Source: Halobacteriota archaeon (GTDB lineage Archaea; Halobacteriota; Bog-38; Methanoflorentales; Methanoflorentaceae). Taken from it: a stretch of 64,000 bases of DNA. A program made the translations under genes and the position numbers. Position 1 is the stretch's first letter. Each line of letters begins with the position of its first letter. Location of the stretch: contig JBEKER010000001.1 of the NCBI GenBank assembly GCA_050013755.1, positions 37,595-101,594 on the forward strand, in the 5' to 3' direction. Of the stretch, positions 49,755-59,034 are shown one piece after another. Under the pieces are notes generated by a model. It saw nothing but the letters and a program-made list of their open reading frames with translations. It was not told the origin of the DNA and did not search any database.

Positions 49755-50364
49755 TTACGTCATTCCCACTCTCGCTTGTGACCGCGCTCGCTCTTTGAAT
49801 TAGCCGCTTTAGGTCGCTTCTCCTATTGATGTTATACAGCAGTGACTCATCGCGAATGACAAACATCGTTTCTTGCTGTAATTGATCGAGGTGGCTTGCA
49901 TCGACGATGTTAATGCCCGTTGGCACAAGCAACTTAGCGTCTGCTGCGAATATGAGGTCGGGGGGTACTTCGGCCTCATCGCAAAACTCGTAGGGGAGGT
50001 AGACCCCGAGTGCAGAACTCTCTGCTTCAGCGCGACGCTCGATAACCCGGTCGATCAAACGATAGTCGATAAGCGGAAGATCAGCTGCGATGATAAGAAC
50101 GGGGCCTTGAAGGCCCAGTCGCTTGCTCGCCCAGCTGTAGTCTTGGATATATCCTTGCCCTGGCGCCTTTACTGCTTGAATACGCGCTTCTCTTGCCCAG
50201 CGCGTCGTGCAAGGAGTTCTGGGAGAGGTTACCGTCACGACGCGTTCAATTTGCGATTTGTTCAAGGCGGCCAACACGTGTTCAATGAGTGGCCTGCCTC
50301 TGAACTCCAACAGCGGTTTTTCAACGCCGCCTGAACCCAGCCGCTCTCCTTTACCTCCCGCCAT
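49744..50364 (-). CDS. cobY: adenosylcobinamide-phosphate guanylyltransferase CobY (MobA-like NTP transferase)
   Basis: 'MAGGKGERLGSGGVEKPLLEFRGRPLIEHVL' nucleotidyltransferase motif; directly upstream of cobS; 3' end overlaps mobB convergently by 11 nt. Confidence 0.7.
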   Translation of the reverse strand: MAGGKGERLGSGGVEKPLLEFRGRPLIEHVLAALNKSQIERVVTVTSPRTPCTTRWAREARIQAVKAPGQGYIQDYSWASKRLGLQGPVLIIAADLPLIDYRLIDRVIERRAEAESSALGVYLPYEFCDEAEVPPDLIFAADAKLLVPTGINIVDASHLDQLQQETMFVIRDESLLYNINRRSDLKRLIQRASAVTSESGNDVTKA

Positions 50365-50387
50365 GAGGAGCGCGAACGTGCAATCAC

Positions 50388-51134
50388 CTACAATAAGCTA
50401 ATAGCAACAAGAGCGATCAAACGTCCTAGCTCATTCGACGATCCTATAACGTCGCCGTTTATTCCGCCGAACGCCATATTGGCGAGCTTCACTAGCCCAA
50501 GCGATAGGGCTAGAGGGGGCAACAACACGAGGAGACCTCTGACGCCAAAACAGAGAACCGCTACTAGTGCCGCGAGAAGCAGTGCCAGTGCGAATGTCAA
50601 CAGCCCACTGTTTTCTGCAAAACGGGATCCAAGTCCCTGGTGCGTCGCTTTCCCAAGCGAGGCGACTTCAACCATCGAAAGCTTCGCTGCGGCTTCAGCT
50701 GTGATCAAAGCGGGTAGGAGCGCCGTTGACTTGATAGATACCACTGCAGCGAAAAGCAGCAGAAGCGAGAGGACACAAAATGCGATCCCGCCGACACCGA
50801 TGTATGGGTCTTTGATGACTCGAAGCCGTTCTTGCATTGTTCCGTGCTTCAGTAGTCCATCGCCCACGTCAGCTAACCCATCAAGATGGATAAAACCTGT
50901 TAGCGCATAGAGGGCTACGAGCGTCAGCGCGGCGCGGACAAAGTCGCTCACGTGCGGTATGAAGGTGAGCGCATAGCTGATCCCTCCGACCAACAGTCCG
51001 ATCGCAGCTCCGACTAGGATAAAAATCCACATGCGCCTGGCCAAGCTGTCGAGCGCTGCTTCATTGAATCCCACTGGAATCGTCGTCAAAAACCCGAAGC
51101 CAGACCGAATAGAGTCAAGGAGGCGTTGAGGCAT
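50388..51134 (-). CDS. cobS: adenosylcobinamide-GDP ribazoletransferase (cobalamin synthase) CobS
   Basis: 248 aa polytopic membrane protein; 'FGFLTTIPVG' N-terminal motif; 'DGLADVGDGL'. Confidence 0.85.
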   Translation of the reverse strand: MPQRLLDSIRSGFGFLTTIPVGFNEAALDSLARRMWIFILVGAAIGLLVGGISYALTFIPHVSDFVRAALTLVALYALTGFIHLDGLADVGDGLLKHGTMQERLRVIKDPYIGVGGIAFCVLSLLLLFAAVVSIKSTALLPALITAEAAAKLSMVEVASLGKATHQGLGSRFAENSGLLTFALALLLAALVAVLCFGVRGLLVLLPPLALSLGLVKLANMAFGGINGDVIGSSNELGRLIALVAISLL

Positions 51135-51633
51135 CGGCTGCTCCTCTGTCGTACATGTTAGCCGATACGCCGCCTATCAGGCCGGCGACGATATCATCCA
51201 AGAATGGCCCGAGCGATTTGAGAACTCCAGGTTTGAGCTTGTCGAATCGGGCATAATCGAAGTGTCCCTTGTAACCCCCAACGTACATTGATATTGCCAT
51301 TCCCAATACCTCATCAGCTATCAGACAAGTCAAATCCTTTTCGTAGGAGACAGGATCTAGGTTTGGTATACGGCCTTGCCGTGCGTCTCTTTCTAACGCT
51401 ACTCCGGCATACAGAAGGACCCACACGTTGGGATCGGCCAGAGCTCGCCGAAGCTCGCTCGAGAAAACTTCTCGGGCGCGCGCTTCTGTTTCGACTCCTG
51501 GATGTGGAACCCATAGCAGCATCGCTGTATCGATCACATCTTCTAGCGCGACACCCATTTCTTTCAACATTTCTTCTTTTATCATCACGACGCCTTCCGT
51601 CTCAGGTTCGTGGCTTGAACCAAAACTCTGCAA
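51115..51633 (-). CDS. cobZ: PgpA-family phosphatase, probable alpha-ribazole-5'-phosphate phosphatase (CobZ-like)
   Basis: C-terminal 'LDDIVAGLIGGV' resembles the PgpA 'DDxxAG' motif; overlaps the cobS start by 20 nt (operon). Confidence 0.45.
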   Translation of the reverse strand: MQSFGSSHEPETEGVVMIKEEMLKEMGVALEDVIDTAMLLWVPHPGVETEARAREVFSSELRRALADPNVWVLLYAGVALERDARQGRIPNLDPVSYEKDLTCLIADEVLGMAISMYVGGYKGHFDYARFDKLKPGVLKSLGPFLDDIVAGLIGGVSANMYDRGAADASTPP

Positions 51634-51764
51634 AATGGCGCATCGGGGCTTGCGAGGGTTAATACGTTGGCAGCCCGCCCTTCTCGACGGACACAGCGAC
51701 GCTTCGACCTCAGTTCGTCAGACGGTTCGAGCGAATACCAAATAGTCGCGACCCAGCCAAGCTG

Positions 51765-52775
51765 CTATTGTGCAATTTCGACTAGCTCATCATCGTGTCG
51801 GACTCGTATTCCACGGCCTGAAATAGTACCGACTTGCTTAGCGCCGTCGCTGAGGTGTGCGATTCGTCTTGCCTCACGTTGAGGCGCAACAATAGCAAAC
51901 CCCATCCCCATATTAAAGGTTTTGTACATCTCTCGTACGTCAACGCCTTCCGCTTGAATCAAACTGAATATCTCTTGCGGTTCGAGAGGATCTGACAAGT
52001 TGAAGCCCAGCCGGGTAAGTCTTTTGAGATTCAGAAGGCCGCCTCCAGTGATGTGCGCCAAGCCGTGGACCTCGCAATTCTTATTAATGTCGAGGATCTC
52101 TGAGTAGATCCGCGTTGGCACGAGCAGCTCTTCGCCAAGCGTGCGCTGCATGCTTCCGTGACGCGCGTAAAGGCTATATTTGGCCAGCAGTTTGCGGGCG
52201 AGCGTCAGACCATTGCTATGAACTCCGCTGCTCGGAATGCCGACAACGGCGTCTCCGCTCTCGATCTTATGGCCGGTGACAAGGTCTTCTTTTGAAGCAA
52301 TTCCTATGCAGCTGCCCGCCAAGTCGAACCCCCTCACGATATCGGGGAGGCTCGCAGTTTCGCCGCCTACTATGGATACGTTAGCTATCTTCGCCCCTTT
52401 TGCGAGCCCCTCCCCGATTTGATCGGCAATAGAAGGCTCAATGCTCTCCATTGCGAGGTAATCGACAAAAGCCATAGGCTCCAAGCCCATTGCGTAAAGG
52501 TCGTTCACGTTCATTGCCATGCAATCGATTCCGATGGTCCTCCAGTTTCCCATTTCCGTTGCGACAAGAACCTTCGATCCCACGCCGTCCGTGGTGATCC
52601 CAATAATGAAATCGCCCATGTCAAGAAGTCCGGCGTAGGCGCCTTCGATGTTGATAGGACTTCCGCGTCCCTTCTTCTTGGTCGTAAAATGTCTTCGAAG
52701 GGCTCTTATTGCCTCTTCTTCAGCGCTGATGTCTACTCCTGATTCTGCGTATGTGTGGGGGTGCTGCGACTTCAT
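51765..52775 (-). CDS. purM: phosphoribosylformylglycinamidine cyclo-ligase (AIR synthase) PurM
   Basis: 'YAESGVDISAEEEAI' and 'GITTDGVGSKVLVA' PurM-family motifs; 336 aa. Confidence 0.7.
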   Translation of the reverse strand: MKSQHPHTYAESGVDISAEEEAIRALRRHFTTKKKGRGSPINIEGAYAGLLDMGDFIIGITTDGVGSKVLVATEMGNWRTIGIDCMAMNVNDLYAMGLEPMAFVDYLAMESIEPSIADQIGEGLAKGAKIANVSIVGGETASLPDIVRGFDLAGSCIGIASKEDLVTGHKIESGDAVVGIPSSGVHSNGLTLARKLLAKYSLYARHGSMQRTLGEELLVPTRIYSEILDINKNCEVHGLAHITGGGLLNLKRLTRLGFNLSDPLEPQEIFSLIQAEGVDVREMYKTFNMGMGFAIVAPQREARRIAHLSDGAKQVGTISGRGIRVRHDDELVEIAQ

Positions 52776-52985
52776 GATGAGACCTGCGCGTTAGGAACTA
52801 GCTGAGGTGAAAGTGCACTACCTCGCGGGCCTAATCGCTCGAAAGCGTCGAGCGATTGATATTCGTTTGTTGACGCATCTGCGCTCGGCTAAAAGCAGTT
52901 AGGGTTTGTACCTTAAAAAAAGATCGTTTGCAGCTTAGCAAAAACCGGCTTAGTGATGGCGATATTGGGCTCATCTGGATAGGAG

Positions 52986-54401
52986 CTATTGCGGTCCCGA
53001 AAGCGAGAACTCTTCGTGAAGACTCTCCACAGCGCGACGTACTGAATCTCGTTTCAAAACGAAAGAGACGTTATATTCAGTGGATCCTTGGCTGATCATG
53101 ATGACGTTGACGTTGATACTTCCCATACGGCTGAAAATCCTGCCCACTATGCCGGGCGTTCCTGCCATTCGAGAGCCGACGACAGCTATTGCGCTCACGT
53201 CTTCGTTACATGAAATCTCTTTGATGACGTTGCCGTTAAACTCATTCTTTAGCCCGTGCAGAGCATTCAAGGCGCTGCTCAAATGTTCCTCCTCGACAAG
53301 CACCGATATGTTCGCTTCGCTCGATCCCTGACTTATCATAATAATATTAACGCCTGCGTCGGCAAGCTTCGCGAACACGTGGGCCGCAACGCCAATGGTT
53401 CCCGCCATTCCGGCGCCTGAGAGAGTAATAAGAGCGACGTTGTTAACCGCCGTTACTGCTTTAACCAGGCTTTGATCATTGGCGACCGTATGAACGATAG
53501 TCGTGTTCGCGCCGTTAGGGTTGAATGTGTTCTTTACGCGCACGGGGATACCCTTAGTTACGGCCGGTTCGATTGTTTTCGGGTGTATGACCTTCGCTCC
53601 AAAATAAGAGATCTCCATCGCCTCAGCGTAAGACACCTGTGGAAGCGTGCGGGCGTTAGAAACGAGCTTAGGATCTGCGGTCATGATACCGTCAACGTCG
53701 GTCCAAATCCATATTTCGTCAGCGTCGACAGCGCTTCCGATGATTGACGCTGTATAGTCGGACCCGCCTCGGCCAAGGGTTGTGATGATGTTGTGAATAT
53801 TGGACGCAATGAAACCGGTGATGACCGGCACGATGCTCACCTTGAGGAGCGGTACAAGCCGCTCGTGGACTCGTCGTTCCGTGATTTCCGTAGGGCCCGC
53901 GCCACGGTGCTTACTATCGGTTATGATACCCGCTTCTCCACCCGTTAGAAAGACTGACTGGACTTTGAGCGATTTCAATGCGCCAGAGACGATCGGAGCA
54001 GATAGCCGTTCACCGAAAGACGAAACGTAATCGTACGATCGGTCAGTGAGTTCGCCAAGGTGGTATATACCCGTAAGCGCGTTTTTGAGCTCTTCTAGCC
54101 GTGTCTCTATCTCTGATATGACTTCGGTAACGATCATCTCATCTTCGATTGCGGCGTAGGTGGCGTCGAAATGCCGCTTACCTATCAGGTGAACGAATTC
54201 TGCGATCTCGATAATCTCGGCATATTCACTGGTCAACCGCTCTGCCGTAGTCTGAAGCTCATCCGTTAAGCCAGACATGGCAGAAACGACGACAGCAATC
54301 TCGTCTCCTTTATCATAATAGCTTCGCACAAGCTCTCCGACCTGTCTTATTCTTGGGCCATCGGCGACCGAGGTACCGCCGAATTTCATCACGTATCTCA
54401 T
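52986..54401 (-). CDS. aspartate kinase with C-terminal ACT domains
   Basis: 'MKFGGTSVADGPRIRQVGELV' amino-acid kinase N-terminus; 471 aa. Confidence 0.85.
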   Translation of the reverse strand: MRYVMKFGGTSVADGPRIRQVGELVRSYYDKGDEIAVVVSAMSGLTDELQTTAERLTSEYAEIIEIAEFVHLIGKRHFDATYAAIEDEMIVTEVISEIETRLEELKNALTGIYHLGELTDRSYDYVSSFGERLSAPIVSGALKSLKVQSVFLTGGEAGIITDSKHRGAGPTEITERRVHERLVPLLKVSIVPVITGFIASNIHNIITTLGRGGSDYTASIIGSAVDADEIWIWTDVDGIMTADPKLVSNARTLPQVSYAEAMEISYFGAKVIHPKTIEPAVTKGIPVRVKNTFNPNGANTTIVHTVANDQSLVKAVTAVNNVALITLSGAGMAGTIGVAAHVFAKLADAGVNIIMISQGSSEANISVLVEEEHLSSALNALHGLKNEFNGNVIKEISCNEDVSAIAVVGSRMAGTPGIVGRIFSRMGSINVNVIMISQGSTEYNVSFVLKRDSVRRAVESLHEEFSLSGPQ

Positions 54402-54839
54402 TTTACCTGAACCTTATGGGCTGCGTTTTAAGCTAAATTATCCCGTTTGCTTGTATTAAAGCCTTCTGACAGGATGCCAGAGCTTCGTGGATACGACAAA
54501 AAGACTTTAGTAGCAGAAATGGCCTGAGACTGGTAGTGTTAGCGTGTCGCCGTCTGAGCTTTCGGCATTGTTGCCAACACTCTTTTTTTGCCAAAGGGCT
54601 ATATTCTCTCAATCGTTTTGGCACTGGTAACGTTCATTGATTCACGACGCAACGCGCTCAGTATAAGGGGCAGCTTGCCGTGCGTGATTGCCGTCCTTAT
54701 TATATGGCCAGTTTTTTTCATCTACCTTTTTTACAGACACTGGACGCACCGCTGATCATCGTTTTGTGTATCACACAATTCAGGAGGTTTTGCGTCTTCT
54801 TCACGCGTTATGCCAGAGTAGAGGTGGCACTGGAATCAT

Positions 54840-55481
54840 TCACAATAAGTTAAAAACGACGAATATGACGTAAACAGCGGCCACAAAAGGCAGGGTCGCT
54901 ATCGCCACGTATTGCAGCACACCCCAGTTCAGCACTTTCCTCCCATCGAGGGGCCCTATCGGGAGCAAGTTAAAGGCGGATAGCCATATGTTGATTGCAA
55001 AGCCGTATAGTCCAACGTAGTTAAGCAAGCCCCCTAGGGGCGTCAGCAGCGACAGCGTCAGCAGGTACAGGAGCAGGTACAGCCCGCCTAACGCCAGATT
55101 AAGAAGCGGCCCGGCGGCAGATATGATCCCATTTTGTCGCTTGGTGATAGTTGGACCGTAGATCATGGTAGCTCCAGGAGCTGCGAACACGATGTGGGTT
55201 ACATAGGCAAACAGGATCGACAGCCCTAGAGTGACATAGTTCGCTCTGAATTCAGACCAGAATCCAAAACGCTGGGCCGTATACTTGTGCAAGAGCTCGT
55301 GCAAGACAAAACTTGAGCCAACAACCAGAAGCGGCACTGTGAGTGTAACAAGGATATCCTCCAATGATACGTTCGACAAGCTGACTCCGCTAAATGCAAG
55401 ATAGAAGGCGAATGAAACGCCCAACCACGCTGCGAAGAGATCAACGAGTTCTTTGCTGCTTGTTGAATGCCGTATCTGCAT
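54840..55481 (-). CDS. small site-2 protease family (M50) intramembrane metallopeptidase
   Basis: 213 aa, about 6 TM; 'FVLHELLHKYTAQRFG' HExxH; 'LNLLPIGPLDG' LDG motif. Confidence 0.75.
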   Translation of the reverse strand: MQIRHSTSSKELVDLFAAWLGVSFAFYLAFSGVSLSNVSLEDILVTLTVPLLVVGSSFVLHELLHKYTAQRFGFWSEFRANYVTLGLSILFAYVTHIVFAAPGATMIYGPTITKRQNGIISAAGPLLNLALGGLYLLLYLLTLSLLTPLGGLLNYVGLYGFAINIWLSAFNLLPIGPLDGRKVLNWGVLQYVAIATLPFVAAVYVIFVVFNLL

Positions 55482-56686
55482 TATGCGAACCCCCCTATAA
55501 CGTGTGAGAGCGCAGCGTGCAAGATATCGTACGGGTTAACGCCCGTCATAGGAAATATTACGAGCAGAGCGATGAACGTAGCTAGGGTACTCCCCACGTT
55601 AACCGCCACAGCAACTACTAGTATCCGAAAAAGCTTATTTGAGAGCAGCTCCCGCACAGACGAAGCCTTGGTGATTCCTGAAAAATCTTCGGTTCCAGGT
55701 GGCCGCTTGGCTGCTTCGATCAGCCCGGCGATCACGCCAACCTTGAGGAAAGGGAGCGGAACAAAGGGGCTAAAGCCTGCGTATCCCGCAGACGCTGCGA
55801 TGGCGAGCGGATGGCTTCTGCTGGCTGTGGCAAAGCTAGCGGCAAAAACAGCGTGAAGCACAAACCAGTACCCAAAAGCGAGCAGCACAACGCCTAGCGG
55901 AGCGCCAGAAAGGAACATGAGTGCAAATAAACCTACGATTACCGCTAAAAAGACCATGCCCGCGATTTTTGTCAAATTCACGCGTCTTTTTGGGACAGCG
56001 TTAAGCTCTTCAAGCGGCGGAATAAGCTCCGGATGATCAAGAAAGCGCTTTATCCCCTCTTTGTGGCCGGCGCCGACGACAGCGACGACTTTTCCGCGTA
56101 GCTTTAGTAAATTTCCGGCCAGATATGCGTCCCGTTCGTCAACAAGCACCCGCGCAGCGTTTGGTGAGAACTGCCGCAATTCGCTGACCAGCTGTGAAAT
56201 AACGTCATCGTTTGTGATGTCTTCGAGGTCTATTTCCTCGTCACTCCTGGTAATGCCGAGAAGCGCGACAAGCATCTTCAGCTTCTCGATGAGACGCATC
56301 TTTGCCCAGAATCGAGCAATGGTTACGTTGATATCTCGATCGACGAGTGCTACGCTCGCTCCGACGCTCCCTGCCACTTCGATTGCGGAGAGCATCTCGC
56401 TCCCGGGCTTGACTCCGACTTCTGAGCCGAGCTTATTCTGCACATACGCAAGCAGCCAGTGCACTAAGAACTGATACAACCTACCGCTTGAGAGGACGTC
56501 CTTAATCGACGCACTTTGCTGTTCGGGGTGCGTCAACGCCTGGTACCGGCCGGGATCTAATTCCACCGCGACGACATCAGGCCGTTCGGCTTCAATAGTG
56601 CGCTGTACCTCTCGTATACTCTCTTCGGAGATGTGCGCAGTTCCGACAATGATGATCTCTGCCGGCTGATCAGGACTCTCATACAT
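55481..56686 (-). CDS. TraB/PrgY/GumN (Tiki-like) family protein with C-terminal TM region
   Basis: 'IIIVGTAHISEESIREVQRTIEAERPDVVAVELD' N-terminal TraB signature; C-terminal ~120 aa hydrophobic; start overlaps the M50 gene by 1 nt. Confidence 0.75.
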   Translation of the reverse strand: MYESPDQPAEIIIVGTAHISEESIREVQRTIEAERPDVVAVELDPGRYQALTHPEQQSASIKDVLSSGRLYQFLVHWLLAYVQNKLGSEVGVKPGSEMLSAIEVAGSVGASVALVDRDINVTIARFWAKMRLIEKLKMLVALLGITRSDEEIDLEDITNDDVISQLVSELRQFSPNAARVLVDERDAYLAGNLLKLRGKVVAVVGAGHKEGIKRFLDHPELIPPLEELNAVPKRRVNLTKIAGMVFLAVIVGLFALMFLSGAPLGVVLLAFGYWFVLHAVFAASFATASRSHPLAIAASAGYAGFSPFVPLPFLKVGVIAGLIEAAKRPPGTEDFSGITKASSVRELLSNKLFRILVVAVAVNVGSTLATFIALLVIFPMTGVNPYDILHAALSHVIGGFA

Positions 56687-56701
56687 CGCGTGCTGCTTCC
56701 G

Positions 56702-57805
56702 CTATGCTTTGATCACAGTGCCGTCAGGGCCGACGATCTGTTCTCGCGCCTCCCCCAGCAAGGTCATCGCGCTCATGACGTCTTTCTGTGTGATGATCCC
56801 GACTACGCTGCCTCCCTGAACCACGGGAATCGCTTCAAGCCGCCGTTGGGCGAGCTTGACGAAGACCTCAGAGGCCTCATCATCGGGCGTTACGGGCTCA
56901 ACGTTGCGCATCATCACGTTGCCTACCATTATGTCATCTCGACGGTTCGGAGGCACCTGATGCACGTTAGTGAATGTAATAAGGCCTACGAGATTGCCGC
57001 TGTCGACGACAGGGTAACTTGCGTGTTTGCTCTGAAACATGACCTCAATCAGTTGGGTGATCATCATCGATGGAGGCACGGTCGCTACCTCAGCCGTCAT
57101 GATGTCGCGCACCTTAATGCCTGCTAGCGTCTGAGTGATCGTGGTCTGTCGCTCCTCATCAGACGCGGCGATGTAGATGAAGAAAGCTATGATGATCAAA
57201 ATCGGACTAAAGAACAGTCCGACGATGCCCATCCCAATTGCAAAGATCTTGCCGATTTGGACGGCGGTATGCGTCGCCTTTAAGTAGGGCTGCCGACTGG
57301 CAAGCCATGCCCGGAACACGCGTCCGCCATCCATAGGAAATGCTGGGAGAATATTGAACCCGCCGAGAACAAGGTTGATATACGCAAAGTTCTCCAAGAA
57401 CAGATTTGGCACAGTTGCAGTCACTGCAAGGCTCAATGCGAAAAAGACCGCGCCGAGGCCTAGACTGACCAGTGGCCCGACTAGCGCAGTTCTGAACTCG
57501 AGTTTGGGATCTGTCGGGATTTCGATTGCGGAAACCCCTCCGATGAGGTAAAGCGTTATGCTTTTTACTTCGATGCCGTAGCGCAAGGCAAGAAGAGAGT
57601 GCCCAAGTTCGTGGAGCAGCACGAAAACAAAGATCATAATGCCCGCTATTGTCCCGTAAACGTACGCGTTGGGAACGGTTGCAAACCCTATAGGTGGGGG
57701 GGAGATAGCGAACGCGAAGGCGAACAGGGGGATGATTAAAATGAGCGTAATATTGATTAGAATCGGGATTCCGCGAACGGTAGCGATTCGAAAAGACCAA
57801 GCCAT
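56702..57805 (-). CDS. site-2 protease (M50) with C-terminal tandem CBS domains
   Basis: 'VLLHELGHSLLALRYG' HExxH; 'FNILPAFPMDGGRV' LDG-type motif; C-terminal CBS pair. Confidence 0.8.
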   Translation of the reverse strand: MAWSFRIATVRGIPILINITLILIIPLFAFAFAISPPPIGFATVPNAYVYGTIAGIMIFVFVLLHELGHSLLALRYGIEVKSITLYLIGGVSAIEIPTDPKLEFRTALVGPLVSLGLGAVFFALSLAVTATVPNLFLENFAYINLVLGGFNILPAFPMDGGRVFRAWLASRQPYLKATHTAVQIGKIFAIGMGIVGLFFSPILIIIAFFIYIAASDEERQTTITQTLAGIKVRDIMTAEVATVPPSMMITQLIEVMFQSKHASYPVVDSGNLVGLITFTNVHQVPPNRRDDIMVGNVMMRNVEPVTPDDEASEVFVKLAQRRLEAIPVVQGGSVVGIITQKDVMSAMTLLGEAREQIVGPDGTVIKA

Positions 57806-57901
57806 ATAATCCTGATCTAGTCTTTATTTGGCAAACTATATATCACTTTAGTCAATAGTGTATGCCGGAGTTTGTGCACGAATTTCAAAAGGGAGGTTGA
57901 A

Positions 57902-58171
57902 ATGCGAATCGAGCTGACACAAATCATGGACCTCAACGTGTATACGGATAAGGGGGAATACGTAGGAAAAGTTGAGGACATCAAGATCGACACGAACGAT
58001 AAAAGGGTAACTGGCCTCGTTATAGGGGACATTAACCATAATATCTTCGATATAAAGTACCGATTCGTAGTGATACCCTACAGGTTTGCAAAATCGATTG
58101 CCGACATAATTCTCGTAAGTAGCGTCGTGAAAACGCTCATCGGCCGAGCTAAGCCAAAAGAAGAAGCGTAA
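57902..58171 (+). CDS. PRC-barrel domain protein
   Basis: 'LNVYTDKGEYVGKVEDIKIDTNDKRVTGLVIGD'; start reassigned to the ATG at 57902. Confidence 0.6.
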   Translation: MRIELTQIMDLNVYTDKGEYVGKVEDIKIDTNDKRVTGLVIGDINHNIFDIKYRFVVIPYRFAKSIADIILVSSVVKTLIGRAKPKEEA

Positions 58172-58917
58172 TGAAAGAGCGCGAGATCTACGCAGGCTTG
58201 CGCACAGTTGCCCCTTTTTTTGTGCGTGTTGACGGACGCAATTTCCGGCACGCGCTTTCGCTGCTCAAGCGTGAACAGCCGTACGATCTCGCCTTTGCCG
58301 AGTCAATGGGCGCCGCGTCTGAAGCGCTCATGCGACGCAGCGGACTGCCCGTGCAGCTCGTTTTCACATTTTCTGACGAAGCAAATGTCCTCTTTCGTGA
58401 AGCTCCATTTGACGGCAGGATCGAGAAGCTTGACTCCGTCGTCGCCAGCTTCTTCGCCAGCGCGGTGACACTTAGCCTCTCCTCGGACGTCCCTTTAGCG
58501 TTTGATGCACGCATCATTCCTGTGAGCGCAATGGATATCCCGATCTACCTCGAATCGAGGCAAAATGAAACGTGGCGAAATTATGTGCACGCGTACGGTT
58601 ACTATTACTTGCGGCAAAACGGTCATACAGGACGAGAAGCTCACGCGACATTGCTTGGAATGACCTCGAGCGAGATGCACGAGCTAATGTTTAGCCACGG
58701 GGTCAATCTGGCGAAGACTCCCGCCTGGCAGAGGCGGGGAATCCTTGTCCATAAACAAAGTTATGAGAAAGAGGGCTTAGATCCGATAACTGGTCGCCCG
58801 AGCACTACACGCCGATCAAGAGTCGTGCAAAACTGGGATCTTCCCATTTTTAAATCGCCTGATGGGCGCGAGATGCTCGTTGGGCTCATCGGTCCTACAA
58901 TAAATAAATATCAATAA
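58171..58917 (+). CDS. thg1: tRNA(His) guanylyltransferase Thg1-like protein
   Basis: 'APFFVRVDGRNFRHAL' conserved Thg1 N-terminal motif; 248 aa. Confidence 0.8.
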   Translation: MKEREIYAGLRTVAPFFVRVDGRNFRHALSLLKREQPYDLAFAESMGAASEALMRRSGLPVQLVFTFSDEANVLFREAPFDGRIEKLDSVVASFFASAVTLSLSSDVPLAFDARIIPVSAMDIPIYLESRQNETWRNYVHAYGYYYLRQNGHTGREAHATLLGMTSSEMHELMFSHGVNLAKTPAWQRRGILVHKQSYEKEGLDPITGRPSTTRRSRVVQNWDLPIFKSPDGREMLVGLIGPTINKYQ

Positions 58918-59034
58918 TTATATATTAATATCTGGAGAAATAGGCTTTTTCAGCAACAGGTCCAAAGAGATAGACGCCTGTTAAGCAGCGCGAAGAAATC
59001 GGTAGCGGGTGAGGGTTAAGGAAGGGAAAGCATC

